Source: Octopus bimaculoides (taxonomy: Eukaryota). Taken from it: DNA of 64,000 bases. Positions 1 to 11,757 of the stretch are shown piece after piece. The stretch spans positions 12,903,096 through 12,967,095 of the forward strand of contig NC_068987.1 in NCBI RefSeq assembly GCF_001194135.2, given 5' to 3'. The notes under the pieces were generated by a model that made no database searches, was not told where the DNA came from, and was given only the letters and a program-made list of their open reading frames with translations. Numbering within the stretch: position 1 is the stretch's first letter; each line of letters opens with the position of its first letter. The translations under genes and the position numbers were made by a program.

Positions 1-29
1 GTGCAATAAAATATATAATAATAACAAAT

Positions 30-273
30 AAATGCGCCCTTTTAAAGCCTAGCTAGGCTAATGGGCCCGGTTTCAATGGCGTATGTGTTCTCCAGCTGGA
101 CGGGACGCCAGTCCATCGCAGAGTTACTCATTTTTGCCAGCTGAGTGGACTGGAGCAACGTAAAATGAAGCGTTTTGCTCAAGAACACAACGCATCGCCT
201 CGTTTAGGAATCGAAACCACTACACTCTTACGATCATGGTGCTGACACCCTAACCACTAGGCCACGCGCCTCC
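30..273 (-). mobile_element. SINE family C (tRNA head, CCACTCAGCTGG central domain, C tail)
   Basis: Minus strand GGAGGCGCGTGGCCTAGTGGTTAGG (A box), GGTTTCGATTCC (B box), GCGATGGACTGGCGTCCCGTCCAG. Homologous to 26315-26556. Confidence 0.85.
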
Positions 274-1437
274 ACTGATAAATGGATACTAAATTAATAA
301 TTATATATAAATATATATATATATATAAACATTATATAATTATATATATAAACATTATATAATTATATAAGGGAACAGGAAAAAAAAACTCTGCTCCAGC
401 ATGTTGTAAGAATACGCCAAAAAACGTTATAAACCACTTTTAGCTCCTGCAAAAATATGGGAGGAGCTAAAGGTGGTTTATATCAACATGTTGAAGCAGG
501 GTTTTTTCCTGTTCCCTTATATAATTATATAATTATATATATATAATTATTATTTTAGTATAATTTAACCACGGGATTTTATAGCATGTTGGCCACTTGA
601 TATTATCATTTACATGATTTTATTCTTGTTTATATAAATAATATAATAAATATATAAGAATATAGCGAGATAAAATGTCATATAATATTTATATACATAC
701 ATAAGTAAATATATGTGGGTATGTGCGTGTGTATGTATGTATATCAAATATGTAAAATTGTAAACATTCCACTTGATATCCATATGTGTATATGTGCGTG
801 TGTGTATGTCTGTACATATGTATGCTCGTATACAAACACACACACACACACACACACACATACACATACGCCACTTACACAAACATATATAGACAGAAGA
901 TATACAAATATTATTAATGGGCGTAAAGTTTCATTCATACTTTCCGATGATTGATTTAACTTGGATTAAGCAGGTTTTTATTTATTTATCTATTATCTTA
1001 TGTCTAAAAGTCAACTGATGCTAAATATATTACCAAAACAACTTAGCAAACTTTTACAGCCAGTATACCTTCTAGAAAATATTTTTCACGCGAAATCTTC
1101 AAAGACCTTCAAATATTCATATAGACCTGAACTATTCTATACATTAGCAGTAAGTTTTTTTAATGGCAAACATATGTTGCTTTCACTACATTCGGATATT
1201 CATGGAGTTAAAGCTCACTTTAACAACTAGGGGGAGTCGAAAGTTCGTTTAGAAAAATGTATATAAATACACACCTTGAAGATGTACAGGTATACAGGCG
1301 CATACGAATACTTACTTACAAACATACAAACACACACACACACAGACACACACATAAGTATGTATGTATGCGTACTTACAACACAGTTATACATATATAC
1401 ATACCAATACATATCTATATATGCATGCGTACATATA

Positions 1438-1486
<49 letters not shown>

Positions 1487-1494
1487 TATATAAT

Positions 1495-1860
1495 ATAATA
1501 TAGGATAAAATCTTTATAAGAATTTATCAAGTAGTCAGCGTGAAAAAAACCCATAAGGAAAAAAACTCATTGTTTTTTCCCCATAAATATATATAATTTA
1601 TATAAGGGCATTAACTATATAGTAATGCCTCACGCTTAGAGGGACTAAATAAGTCAAAAACTACCAAAAAATAAGCAACATATTTACCGAAATATGTTGC
1701 TTATTTTTTGGTAGTTTTTGAACGTCTAGATAGAATAGAGACAGCTGATGAAGGGATATTCCAAGGGGCTTTCCGTTTTCCTATGTGTTCGTTCCGTTGT
1801 CTGTAGTTTATTGTTCTAACGTCCTGTACCCTGATATGCATGTATATACACATGTAGATG
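1495..1860. mobile_element. Penelope-like terminal relic with a perfect 32-bp hairpin
   Basis: GGATAAAATC..TATCAAGTAGTCAGCGTG is shared with 53448-53490. ACAGCTGATGAAGGG..ACGTCCTGTACC is shared with 10985 and 12235. The PLE call is inferred from terminal motifs only. Confidence 0.45.
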
Positions 1861-3663
1861 TAAGTATGTACATATATGTGTGTATACATGTATATATATT
1901 CTTTGTATTATATATATATATACATATGTATATATATACGTACTATATATATGCAAGTGTGTTTACATNNNNNNNNNNNNNNNNNNNNNNNNNNNNNNNN
2001 NNNNNNNNNNNNNNNNNNNNNNNNNNNNNNNNNNNNNNNNNNNNNNNNNNNNNNNNNNNNNNNNNNNNNNNNNNNNNNNNNNNNNNNNNNNNNNNNNNNN
2101 NNNNNNNNNNNNNNNNNNNNNNNNNNNNNNNNNNNNNNNNNNNNNNNNNNNNNNNNNNNNNNNNNNNNNNNNNNNNNNNNNNNNNNNNNNNNNNNNNNNN
2201 NNNNNNNNNNNNNNNNNNNNNNNNNNNNNNNNNNNNNNNNNNNNNNNNNNNNNNNNNNNNNNNNNNNNNNNNNNNNNNNNNNNNNNNNNNNNNNNNNNNN
2301 NNNNNNNNNNNNNNNNNNNNNNNNNNNNNNNNNNNNNNNNNNNNNNNNNNNNNNNNNNNNNNNNNNNNNNNNNNNNNNNNNNNNNNNNNNNNNNNNNNNN
2401 NNNNNNNNNNNNNNNNNNNNNNNNNNNNNNNNNNNNNNNNNNNNNNNNNNNNNNNNNNNNNNNNNNNNNNNNNNNNNNNNNNNNNNNNNNNNNNNNNNNN
2501 NNNNNNNNNNNNNNNNNNNNNNNNNNNNNNNNNNNNNNNNNNNNNNNNNNNNNNNNNNNNNNNNNNNNNNNNNNNNNNNNNNNNNNNNNNNNNNNNNNNN
2601 NNNNNNNNNNNNNNNNNNNNNNNNNNNNNNNNNNNNNNNNNNNNNNNNNNNNNNNNNNNNNNNNNNNNNNNNNNNNNNNNNNNNNNNNNNNNNNNNNNNN
2701 NNNNNNNNNNNNNNNNNNNNNNNNNNNNNNNNNNNNNNNNNNNNNNNNNNNNNNNNNNNNNNNNNNNNNNNNNNNNNNNNNNNNNNNNNNNNNNNNNNNN
2801 NNNNNNNNNATATATATATATATATATATAAATGTTTTTATTTTTCATTCTCTTTCGAAATTATCCCTATTTTTGTGGTATAGAGTTTTTTGCTACTCTT
2901 TCTCGCGGGTAGATGTCCTATTATAGGCATCTCTATATTTTAAATGAATAATATATACGTAGTCTATTGACTAATTTTTTATTCTCGCTGGACCACTGGT
3001 GGTAAATTAAATTTTTAAAATTTATTTTGCTGCCCTATGATTAATAATGATATATATATATACATATGTATATATATACGTACTATATATATGCAAGTGT
3101 GTTTACATTTATACACGTATCTGTGTGTTTCTTTGTTTATTTATTTATGTAAGTTCTATGTACCATGGGAGATTCGATGAGGATAAGCGACGAGTCATAA
3201 AACTGTCAACAACGAAATATGAACTCAGCGCTGATTGTAAAAATCCCTCGACTACAACAACAATAAGTAGCTATGCCCTAGTAGAGACACATCGCGGGCG
3301 TATGACACTTCCTATCACCTCCTGTGTATCCATTATACTTTAAGATGCCTGTTGGACGGTCTGTTCTTTTAATTAGAACGGTAAAGCAATTGCTCTTGGT
3401 ATGTACGGGAAAGGTTCCCGTCTTACGGAGTCTTCAACTACTTACGCATGAATTCAGGTGCAAGGGATTCAGCAGTTGATTGGATGAACAGTTGAATTCT
3501 CGTCATTGAAACAGACTAAGATCCACCCGTGTGTGTGTGTGTGTGTATGTGTGTGTGTGTGAAGACATATAATGGTAGCCTTGTGAATCTACAAATAAAG
3601 AATATTTATCCACCAATTGTGTACTTCATTCTTATTGTTCGATATTAAAGTGTGTGTGTACAT

Positions 3664-3721
<58 letters not shown>

Positions 3722-3789
3722 TCATGCATATATATACACATACGCATGTATGTATGTATGTATGTATGTATGTATGTCATTATTCAGTT

Positions 3790-4700
3790 TAATTTCAAGA
3801 TTTCTTGAAGCGTACCTCCACTGCGCCGTATTTCCTTCCTCTGGTGTAGTACGTCACTACGTTCTTAATTTCTCTGAGGCACCCCTCCACTGCCTCCACC
3901 GCTGCTATTTCCACCTTTTTTTTGTTGCAATTTTTCAATGTTCTGTACACATTTGTTACCTTCTCTGTTCTTTCTGTTACTTCTTTGTGGGGCGTCAACC
4001 TCATGCTATCTCCCTCCTTTCTTAATAAATTATTGCATTTTTTTGAAGTTTTTCTCCTGTAATTTAATTTCTGTACCTTGCTGTCCATCCGTTGACTGGC
4101 TTTTGCCAGTCACCGCAGCATAACTGCCCGCTTGCACTGGTGTACTTTCCATATTATTCACAACTTCACCGATAAATGGGGAAGAAAATTAATAAACGGA
4201 AACAACAATAGGCGTAGGAGTGGCTGTGTGGTAAGTAGCTTGCTTACCAACCACATGGTCCCGGGTTCAGTCCCACTGCGTGGCATCTTGGGCAAGTGTC
4301 TTCTACTATAGCCTCGGGCCGACCAATGCCTTGTGAGTGGATTTGGTAGACGGAAACTGAAAGAAGCCTGTCGTATATATGTATATATATATGTATGTTT
4401 GTATGTGTTTGTATGTCTGTGTTTNNNNNNNNNNNNNNNNNNNNNNNNNNNNNNNNNNNNNNNNNNNNNNNNNNNNNNNNNNNNNNNNNNNNNNNNNNNN
4501 NNNNNNNNNNNNNNNNNCCTGGGGTCGATTTGCTCGACTAAAGGCGGTGCTCCAGCATGACCGCAGTCAAATGACTGAAACAAGTAAAAGAGTAACAAGT
4601 TCAACAGGTAACAACAATCCAACAAATAACAGCTAAACAGAAACAGTATTCACACGGTGTGTATACACTTTCAACTCACTAACTCAAACAAAACACTAAC
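3790..4700 (-). mobile_element. 5' end (UTR plus ORF1 start) of an L1/Tx1-like LINE, interrupted by SINE B
   Basis: ATG at 4152: MESTPVQAGSYAAVTGKSQSTDGQQGTEIKLQEK, frameshifting into EVTERTEKV..IKNVVTYYTRGRKYGAVEVRF. SYAAV-type ORF1 start; clade assignment is from memory. Confidence 0.45.
4211..4598 (+). mobile_element. SINE family B (tRNA head, CORE-like domain, internal TA/TG microsatellite, (AAAAGAGT)n tail)
   Basis: GGCGTAGGAGTGGCTGTGTGGTAAG..GGTTCAGTCC..GGCATCTTGGGCAAGTGTCTTC, microsatellite and gap, then GGTGCTCCAGCATGACCGCAGTCAAATGACTGAAACAAGTAAAAGAGT. Confidence 0.9.
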
Positions 4701-4701
4701 G

Positions 4702-4954
4702 ACGGCGTGCTAACGTTTCTTATTTCTTTATTATCCACAAGGGGCTAAACATAGAGGAGACAAACAAGGAGAGACAATGGGATTAAGTCGATTACATCGA
4801 CCCCAGTGCGTAACTGGTACTTAAGTTAACGACCCCGAAAGGATGACAGGCAAAGTCGACCTCGGCGGAATTTGAACTCAGAACGTAACGGCAGCCGAAA
4901 TACCGCTAAGCATTACGCCCGGAGGTGCTAACGATTCTACCAGCTTGCCGCCTT
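4702..4954 (-). mobile_element. SINE family A (tail type 2) plus the start of a second unit
   Basis: Head AAGGCGGCAAGCTGGTAGAATCGTTAGC, B box GAGTTCAAATTCC, tail TTGTGGATAATAAAGAAAT-AAGAAACGTTAGCACGCC. Confidence 0.9.
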
Positions 4955-5544
4955 CGTGATTTTAAATATTAAAACCCTCTTAGAATAATGGACAAATGCT
5001 CGGATGAAATGGGCGAATAGACGTTTGAATCCAACACTAAACTGAAATAGAAATAGCGTAATGTGATGAACCAGTGATGAAAACGGAGTAAAAAAATCAG
5101 CGAGACGATGTGTAGAGGAATATAATAAACTCCCTTATAGTACGTTAGATATACGTGCAGAATCTTTATGCTTGGTGATAGTTTTGTTTAATTTCTTTAT
5201 TAAGTTTGGATGTGGGTTTGAAACAGTTCTCATTTGTAAAATATTTTGTAAAAAAAATTCTCTTGGGTCACATTGTTGCAATAAATCATCAACCAGTACG
5301 TTTATAACACGCGATTCTTTCAATTTTCCAAATTAAGAATCTTTTCTTTTCGTTCTTCTTATCACAATAAAAAAGAAAGAAACTTTAAAAAGTTTCAAAG
5401 GATCTGCGTAGACTCAACTTTGATATTTGGCTTAAAATATATGGCTTTATCATGAAAGAATACAGAGAGCAGCTATTTTAACGAGATTCCTTATTTATCT
5501 ATGCAGTAAAAATAACGATTATGTTAAAGCTTCACACAATTTAG

Positions 5545-6291
5545 GTGAAGAAGCAGTCAATTAATTCGACGCTAATATACATCGACCTCATTATTCAACT
5601 GGTACTTATTTCATCGACCCCGAAAGGATGCAACGCAAAGTCAACCTCGACAGAATTTGAACTCAACGTAAAGCGGGTTGAAATGCCGCTAAGCATTACA
5701 TCCGACGCACTGACGATTCTTTTCTACTCTAGGCACAAGGCCCGAAATTTTGGGGGAAGGGCCAGTCGATAAGATCGACCTCAGTACGCAACTGGTTACT
5801 TAATTTATCGACCCCGAAAAGTCGACCTCGACGGAATTTGAACTCAGAAAGTAAAGACAGACGAAATACCGCTAAACATTTCGCCCGGCGTGCTGACGAT
5901 TCTGCCAGCTTACCGCTCAAAAAATATGCTTTGCCTTTTCTTTTTCGTTTTTCTGTGATAGGCTCAAGAAATTTTAGGGGAGAAGACCAGTCCAGTGGAT
6001 TNNNNNNNNNNNNNNNNNNNNNNNNNNNCGTCCTAATGGTCAACTGATAGTTATTTTATCCACCCGATTTGATGAAAGGCAAAGTCGACCTCGGCAGCAT
6101 TTGAAAATTCCTTACTGATACAGGCAAAAGGCTTGAAATCTATGGGAATGGGTTAGTCGATTGCATAGACCCCGAAAGGATGAAAGGCAAAATCGACCTT
6201 GGCGAAATTTGAACTCAGAGTATAAAGACGGACAAAATGCTGCTAAGCATTTTATCCGGCGCGGTAACGATTCTGCCACCTCGATGCCTTA
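5545..6291 (-). mobile_element. Four head-to-tail SINE A copies
   Basis: Repeated AAAGTCGACCTCG..ATTTGAACTCA and ATCGACCCCGAAA blocks at about 5620, 5810, 6080 and 6190. Confidence 0.85.
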
Positions 6292-6334
6292 ACAATAATA
6301 TTATTTCTAAAGGTAACAGCGGCAGGAAGAGGAG

Positions 6335-6353
6335 CAGCAACAGCAGCAACAAC

Positions 6354-6396
<43 letters not shown>

Positions 6397-6440
6397 ATCG
6401 TGGTGATGGTGGTTGTGGTGATGGTAGTAGTAGCAGCAGC

Positions 6441-6490
<50 letters not shown>

Positions 6491-6560
6491 CAGCAGCAAT
6501 GGCAGTAATCGTGGTGATCGTGGTGGTGGTGATAGTAGTGGTAGTAGTAGTAGTAGTAGT
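6335..6560. repeat. Compound (AGT)n/(AGC)n/(GGT)n microsatellite
   Basis: Read directly. Confidence 0.95.
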
Positions 6561-7589
6561 TTAGAATTCTCACAACTGTTTCAAGTACTGTTTTGTATTA
6601 AATTAATCAAGGTAAAGAATTTTATAGGCAAAAACGGTCTGGAAAGTTTCATACTTCGAAACGAGACGTACGAAGTACGCCCACTGAAGTAAAAGAAAGA
6701 AGAAAAAAAAACCTACCATCTACTTCTACCCCCCCCCCTTCCCCATCCTACCCATCTCGTCTAATGTATATAAAAGTAGCATTGTTGTAATTATATATAT
6801 TTCTGTAAAAAAAACAAAAAACGTTCTATCTTGGTCATAATCACTTTTATATCAAATTGAGTTTAATCTCAACTTTTAGACACTCGTAGATGATTTATTA
6901 TGTGTAGCTTCTAACAATGATTGCCTTCGTCGTAATTGTTTTTTTTGTTTTTTTTTTTCTACGCGTGAAATNNNNNNNNNNNNNNNNNNNNNNNNNNNNN
7001 NNNNNNNNNNNNNNNNNNNNNNNNNNNNNNNNNNNNNNNNNNNNNNNNNNNNNNNNNNNNNNNNNNNNNNNNNNNNNNNNNNNNNNNNNNNNNNNNNNNN
7101 NNNNNNNNNNNNNNNNNNNNNNNNNNNNNNNNNNNNNNNNNNNNNNNNNNNNNNNNNNNNNNNNNNNNNNNNNNNNNNNNNNNNNNNNNNNNNNNNNNNN
7201 NNNNNNNNNNNNNNNNNNNNNNNNNNNNNNNNNNNNNNNNNNNNNNNNNNNNNNNNNNNNNNNNNNNNNNNNNNNNNNNNNNNNNNNNNNNNNNNNNNNN
7301 NNNNNNNNNNNNNNNNNNNNNNNNNNNNNNNNNNNNNNNNNNNNNNNNNNNNNNNNNNNNNNNNNNNNNNNNNNNNNNNNNNNNNNNNNNNNNNNNNTAA
7401 GTAATTTATTGACAAAACTGCAGTTAGTTTTATAAACATTTCAGGGAGTACAGGCGATAAATATTTCAACTTCATGAAATTCTGTTTCACCAAGTATAAG
7501 TTTAAAATATAGAGCAGGAAAAAACATCGACATGTCGGCGGCATCCGATTGCTCGAATCGAAAAAAAAAAAAAATTATTAATTAATTAA

Positions 7590-7740
7590 AGGCACAGGCA
7601 AAGCAGTGTGGTAAGAAGTTTGCTTACCAACCACATGGTTCCGGGTTCAGCTATAGTTGAAGACACTTACCCAAGGTATCACACAGTGGGACTGAACCTG
7701 GAACCATGTGGTTGGGAAGCAAGCTTCTTACCACACAGCC
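7590..7740. mobile_element. Two SINE B heads in inverted orientation
   Basis: Arms 7606-7650 (+) and 7692-7736 (-) are near-complementary. Confidence 0.85.
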
Positions 7741-7754
7741 TTTTTTGTTTTTAA

Positions 7755-7890
7755 GCCGAGTAGACTACAGCAACGTGAAAAATTCTTTTAGACCGAAAAA
7801 TGTTTTGCTCAAGAACACAACACAACGTCCGGTAATCGAAACCATAATTTTGCGACTGTAACACCCGAACCACGAAGCCACGCGCCATCA
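7755..7890 (-). mobile_element. SINE C 5' half, diverged
   Basis: GCTCAAGAACACAAC..AATCGAAACC..CCACGCGCC on the + strand. Confidence 0.7.
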
Positions 7891-8256
7891 CTAATGTAGA
7901 GAAAATGGAATTTTAAATGAAATTTTCAAAAGTAATTTTTATGTTGAAGAAATTTAATTTGATTGCATTATCGTTTTCTCTATTATTCGGTGCATTTTTT
8001 TAAATGTAATAATTTGGTGACACTTGGTTTAAGAGCCAGTTTTATCGGCTTAGCCCGTCTGTAACGCTTTCACGTGATCAGTTGAAGGGAGAGGCGAAGA
8101 GTGAAAGAAAAAGGAGAGAGAAAAAGAGAGTAAGGCCAAGAGTGAGAGGGAAAGAGAGAGAGAAAGAGAGAGAGAGAGTGCTGTGCATTAGGTCTATAAA
8201 AAGTATAGTGCATAAAGTATATAAAGTGCATTAAGCAACCATTGTATTCCAATTTC

Positions 8257-8860
8257 GGATCTTTTTTAAAACGGGGGCCACATTTTTCATTAACGAAACA
8301 CTTTGAAACTTGGAACACTGGTAGAATGTGTCATATAAAACATCTTTTTCTCTTAGTCTTCTTTAAAAAAAAAGAAATCCATAACTTATTCCATGTTAAA
8401 GTTGTCGTATTTCTGTAATTTCAACCAATCACTGACGTCCATTCAGCCGATATACATTAAGTGCCGACTACATAAACAAACGATTCTGAAACAATTAACC
8501 CTAACTCTAACCCTAACCCTAACCCTAAGGTTAGGGTTAGGGTTAGGTTTAGGGTTAGGGTTAGGGTTAAAGCAAATTTAAAATGAAAAAAGCAAATAAA
8601 ACGAAGGTATGGAGATTAAATACGCTTTACATCGCTTAATCAGCCAAAGGAGTAAATATAAACAACTGAATACTTGTCAGTGATTGGTTGAAATTATCGA
8701 AATAAGACAATTTTTTACATGAAATAAATTCGAATACAAAAATATTTTTCTGTTCTATAACACAAAATAGAGAAGTATACGAAGTTTGAAAGTCTTTCGG
8801 TACCAAAAACACTACGTAAAACATTAATGAAAAATGTGGCCCCCGTTTTAAAATAGATCC
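8257..8860. mobile_element. 604-bp fold-back MITE with GGATC termini, 8-bp TSD and inverted telomeric-repeat core
   Basis: TIR GGATC(T/-)(T/A)TTTTAAAACGGGGGCCACATTTTTCATTAA at both ends. CCAATTTC at 8249-56 and 8861-68. Inner inverted repeat AATTTCAACCAATCACTGAC. Central (CCCTAA)n-(TTAGGG)n. Confidence 0.85.
8497..8570. repeat. Interstitial palindromic telomeric repeat (CCCTAA)~5 then (TTAGGG)~7
   Basis: Read directly from the sequence. Confidence 0.95.
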
Positions 8861-8995
8861 CCAATTTCCTTCAAGACACAACACAGGCTACGTTTTCAGG
8901 CTCTTTTGGATAAAGTTTTTTAAAAATAACCCAATAAGTTTACTATTGATTCCGTGAAATATTCACGGGTCCCGTTAGTTATTATCATTGCCATT

Positions 8996-9630
8996 AAGGC
9001 GCCGAACTCATAGAATCCTCAGCGTGTCGTAAAAATTGCTTTATGCTAATTGTTGTGGTTCTTTATATCCTGAGTTCAAATCCACCGATAACAACTTGGC
9101 TTTTCATCCGTCCAGGCTCAATAAAATGAAGTACTAGAATCGATGGTATCGACCTCTTCTCCTGCTCTAATAAATGCTGGCATTGGTCCAAAATTTGAAA
9201 CCGTTATTATCATTTTCATTAAGGCAGTGAGCTGACAGAACCGTTAGCGCACCCGGCATTTTGTCCGTCTGTACCTTCTGAGTTCAAATTCTGCTGAGGT
9301 CGACTGTGCCTCTCATCCTTTCGGGAATCAATAAAGTAAGTATCAGTTAAGTACTAGGGTCGATATGATCGACTATCAGTAACACCCTCCCACAAAATTT
9401 CAGGCCTTTTGCCTATTATTGAAACGATTATTTTTGTTGTCATTAATACGACGTACTGGCAGAATCGTCTGAGCGTTGGCAAAAGAGCTTTAAACTCTGA
9501 GTTCAGATGAAGCTACCGAGATGAAGCTTACCTTTCAACTTGCTGGTGTCGGTGCAATAAAATACCAGTCAAGTACTAGAGTCGATAGCATCGGCTACTC
9601 CCGTCCCCTTCAAATTGTTTGCATTGCGCC
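8996..9630 (+). mobile_element. Three head-to-tail diverged SINE A copies
   Basis: Heads at about 8997, 9221 and 9450. GAGTTCAAAT/GAGTTCAGAT B boxes. Confidence 0.75.
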
Positions 9631-10009
9631 TAAATAAGAATCTAACATTAACAGCGTCCTTGTATTGTTGACGACGATGTTGCTGATGTTACAATTGGCA
9701 GTGTTCCTTCTGAGACAGATTTTTATTGCAATGGTGCCAAATGTGAAGATATTTTAGCCTTCACCACACAGTCTATCAATCTTCTCTGTTGTAACAAGGT
9801 GCAATAAAAACTGGGAAATTGTTTACTGAACATTTTCCGTTTCAAACGTCAACCCTGACATTTAACAAACAGAAATTTTGTAAGTAACTACAATTCCATA
9901 TATTAATAACATGCTAAACGCGTACCGAATTAGGTTTTTTTCATGTAGACACACACATTATATACATATATACATACATACACACACACACACACACATA
10001 TATATACAC

Positions 10010-10042
<33 letters not shown>

Positions 10043-10222
10043 TGTATGTACATATTAACGAATTGGTTATGTTCATTCATATAGCGATGCAGCTTTAGAT
10101 CTTACCTAGATCGTAAATATACACAAAGCAAAGTATCCAGGATTCACAAAGTGTCATGAAGTTGGATAACTCGATCGATAATATTTGCTTCGTTCATGAT
10201 TGATTAACTGTAAGTTATCATT

Positions 10223-10445
10223 CTGGCAGAGACGTTAACACGCCGGGCGAAAATGCTTAGCAGCATTTCATATGTCTTTACGCTGTGCGTTCAAATTCCG
10301 CCGAGGTCGACTTTGTCTCTCATCCTTTCGAGGTCGATGAAATAAGTTCTAGTTGAGTACTGAGATCACTGCAATCAACTTATCCTTCCCACTCCCCCAC
10401 TCTCACGAACTTGCTGGCCTTTCGCCACAATTTGAAACCAATTGT
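10223..10445 (+). mobile_element. SINE A
   Basis: GTTCAAATTCCGCCGAGGTCGACTTTG..CATCCTTTCG. Confidence 0.85.
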
Positions 10446-10544
10446 AATTTATCATTTGTTACATAATTAATAAATCAACAAATCTTAGCCAAGATATAGT
10501 TATTCTTTATGCAAGCAAAACAAAATGCTTCATCTGCCTTTTAT

Positions 10545-10800
10545 TTTTTGGTTCTTTCATTCACAGGACGGCGGCCGTGTTGGGGGCACCCTCTGGAAAG
10601 GTTTAAGAGCTTAGTAGAACAAATTGACACTAGTACTTCTGTTAAACGTCCGGCACTTATTTTATCGAGCTCATTTTGCCGAAGCTTTAGGTTACAGAGA
10701 CGCAAACTAACACTAGCTGTCAAGCTGTGGAGCGACAGATGCAAACATACACACACATATAAACACATATAAACACATATAAATACATGCATATATACAT
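10545..10800 (-). mobile_element. Old SINE B-related 3' half
   Basis: CACTTATTTTATCGAGCTCATTTTGCCGAAGC..GTTACAGAGACGCAAAC..TGTCAAGC. Confidence 0.6.
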
Positions 10801-11120
10801 AATATAACGACCCTCTATGTTTGTTTTCGTTCGGTTTTCTTGTATGTCTCCACTGTCCTGTTTTTGTTCCCAACTTTGACCCTCCATAAATCCCAAATTT
10901 TATTTTGGTACTTATGGGAGCAACTGTCTTCGAAGACTCATATTGTTGTTCAATGCTCGAAATGAGGAGTAGATAGACAGCTGACAGCTGATGAAGGGTC
11001 ATTCTTTGTGTTACTTGTCCTGTTTTCCATCTGTTTCTCTCGTTGTTTGTGCATTTCACGTTGTTTGCTGTTGGTGACGTCCTGTACCCATAAATGCATA
11101 TGTATATATATATATATATA

Positions 11121-11169
<49 letters not shown>

Positions 11170-11330
11170 TATATATACATACATATACACACACAAGCAT
11201 ATATATGCATATATATAAATATATACACACACACACATAGGTATATGTATGTGCATATATATATATATAAAAAAAAGAAGTTTGAAAACGCCACTATAAA
11301 AATAAATTTTAATTTATAATTTTCTCAGAG

Positions 11331-11378
11331 ATATTTTACATGTTTCGGTTCTTTAAAAAACGAACCTTATCAAAATAC
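11331..11378 (-). ncRNA. Type I hammerhead-like motif with U3-A8 core variant (predicted)
   Basis: Minus strand GTATT-TTGATAA-GGTTC(GTTTTTTAAA)GAACC-GAAA-CATGTA-AAATAT. Perfect 5-bp stem II, palindromic ACATGT stem III, GTA triplet, weak 5-bp stem I with one bulged A. Confidence 0.5.
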
Positions 11379-11574
11379 ATATTTTTTTTAATAAATGTAA
11401 TTAAAAGAAAAGTTCATAATTGTTTCTTACTGGTGTCAACATAATCCATGTGGGAGCGTTTACAAAATTAAGAGGAATGACCACCAAAGTGGACTCCTAT
11501 ATGCTAGATATAGACGTCAAATCGCCTAACCACGAAGAGTATGTTCTCAAGAAAATTTCTACCCTCATTATTTA

Positions 11575-11614
<40 letters not shown>

Positions 11615-11616
<2 letters not shown>

Positions 11617-11757
11617 GACGGGTTTCCATCCACCAAAATTCACGCACAAGGCATTGGTTGATCTGGAGCTATAGTAAAAAAAACACTTACCCGAGGAGTC
11701 GCCCGGTGGTAGTGAACCCCAAAAGCAATGATCTTAATCACACAGCCATGCCTGTGC
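11615..11757 (-). mobile_element. SINE B head, diverged
   Basis: CGACGGGTTTCC..CACCAAAATTCAC..CACAGCCATGCCTG. Confidence 0.7.

Noticed and set aside
3446-3515. 70-nt minus-strand exon candidate (SVSMTRIQLFIQSTAESLAPEFM, GTAAGT donor)
   Set aside because: Poor acceptor tract, no recognisable homology, and expected by chance.
5135-5323. 62-aa non-repetitive ORF
   Set aside because: No splice signals or recognisable domain.
6237-6692. 151-aa poly-Ser/Gly ORF
   Set aside because: Antisense SINE A plus (AGT)n microsatellite.
8497-8570. Ancient telomere fusion site
   Set aside because: Orientation is CCCTAA then TTAGGG, opposite to an end-to-end fusion, and it lies inside a TSD-flanked MITE.
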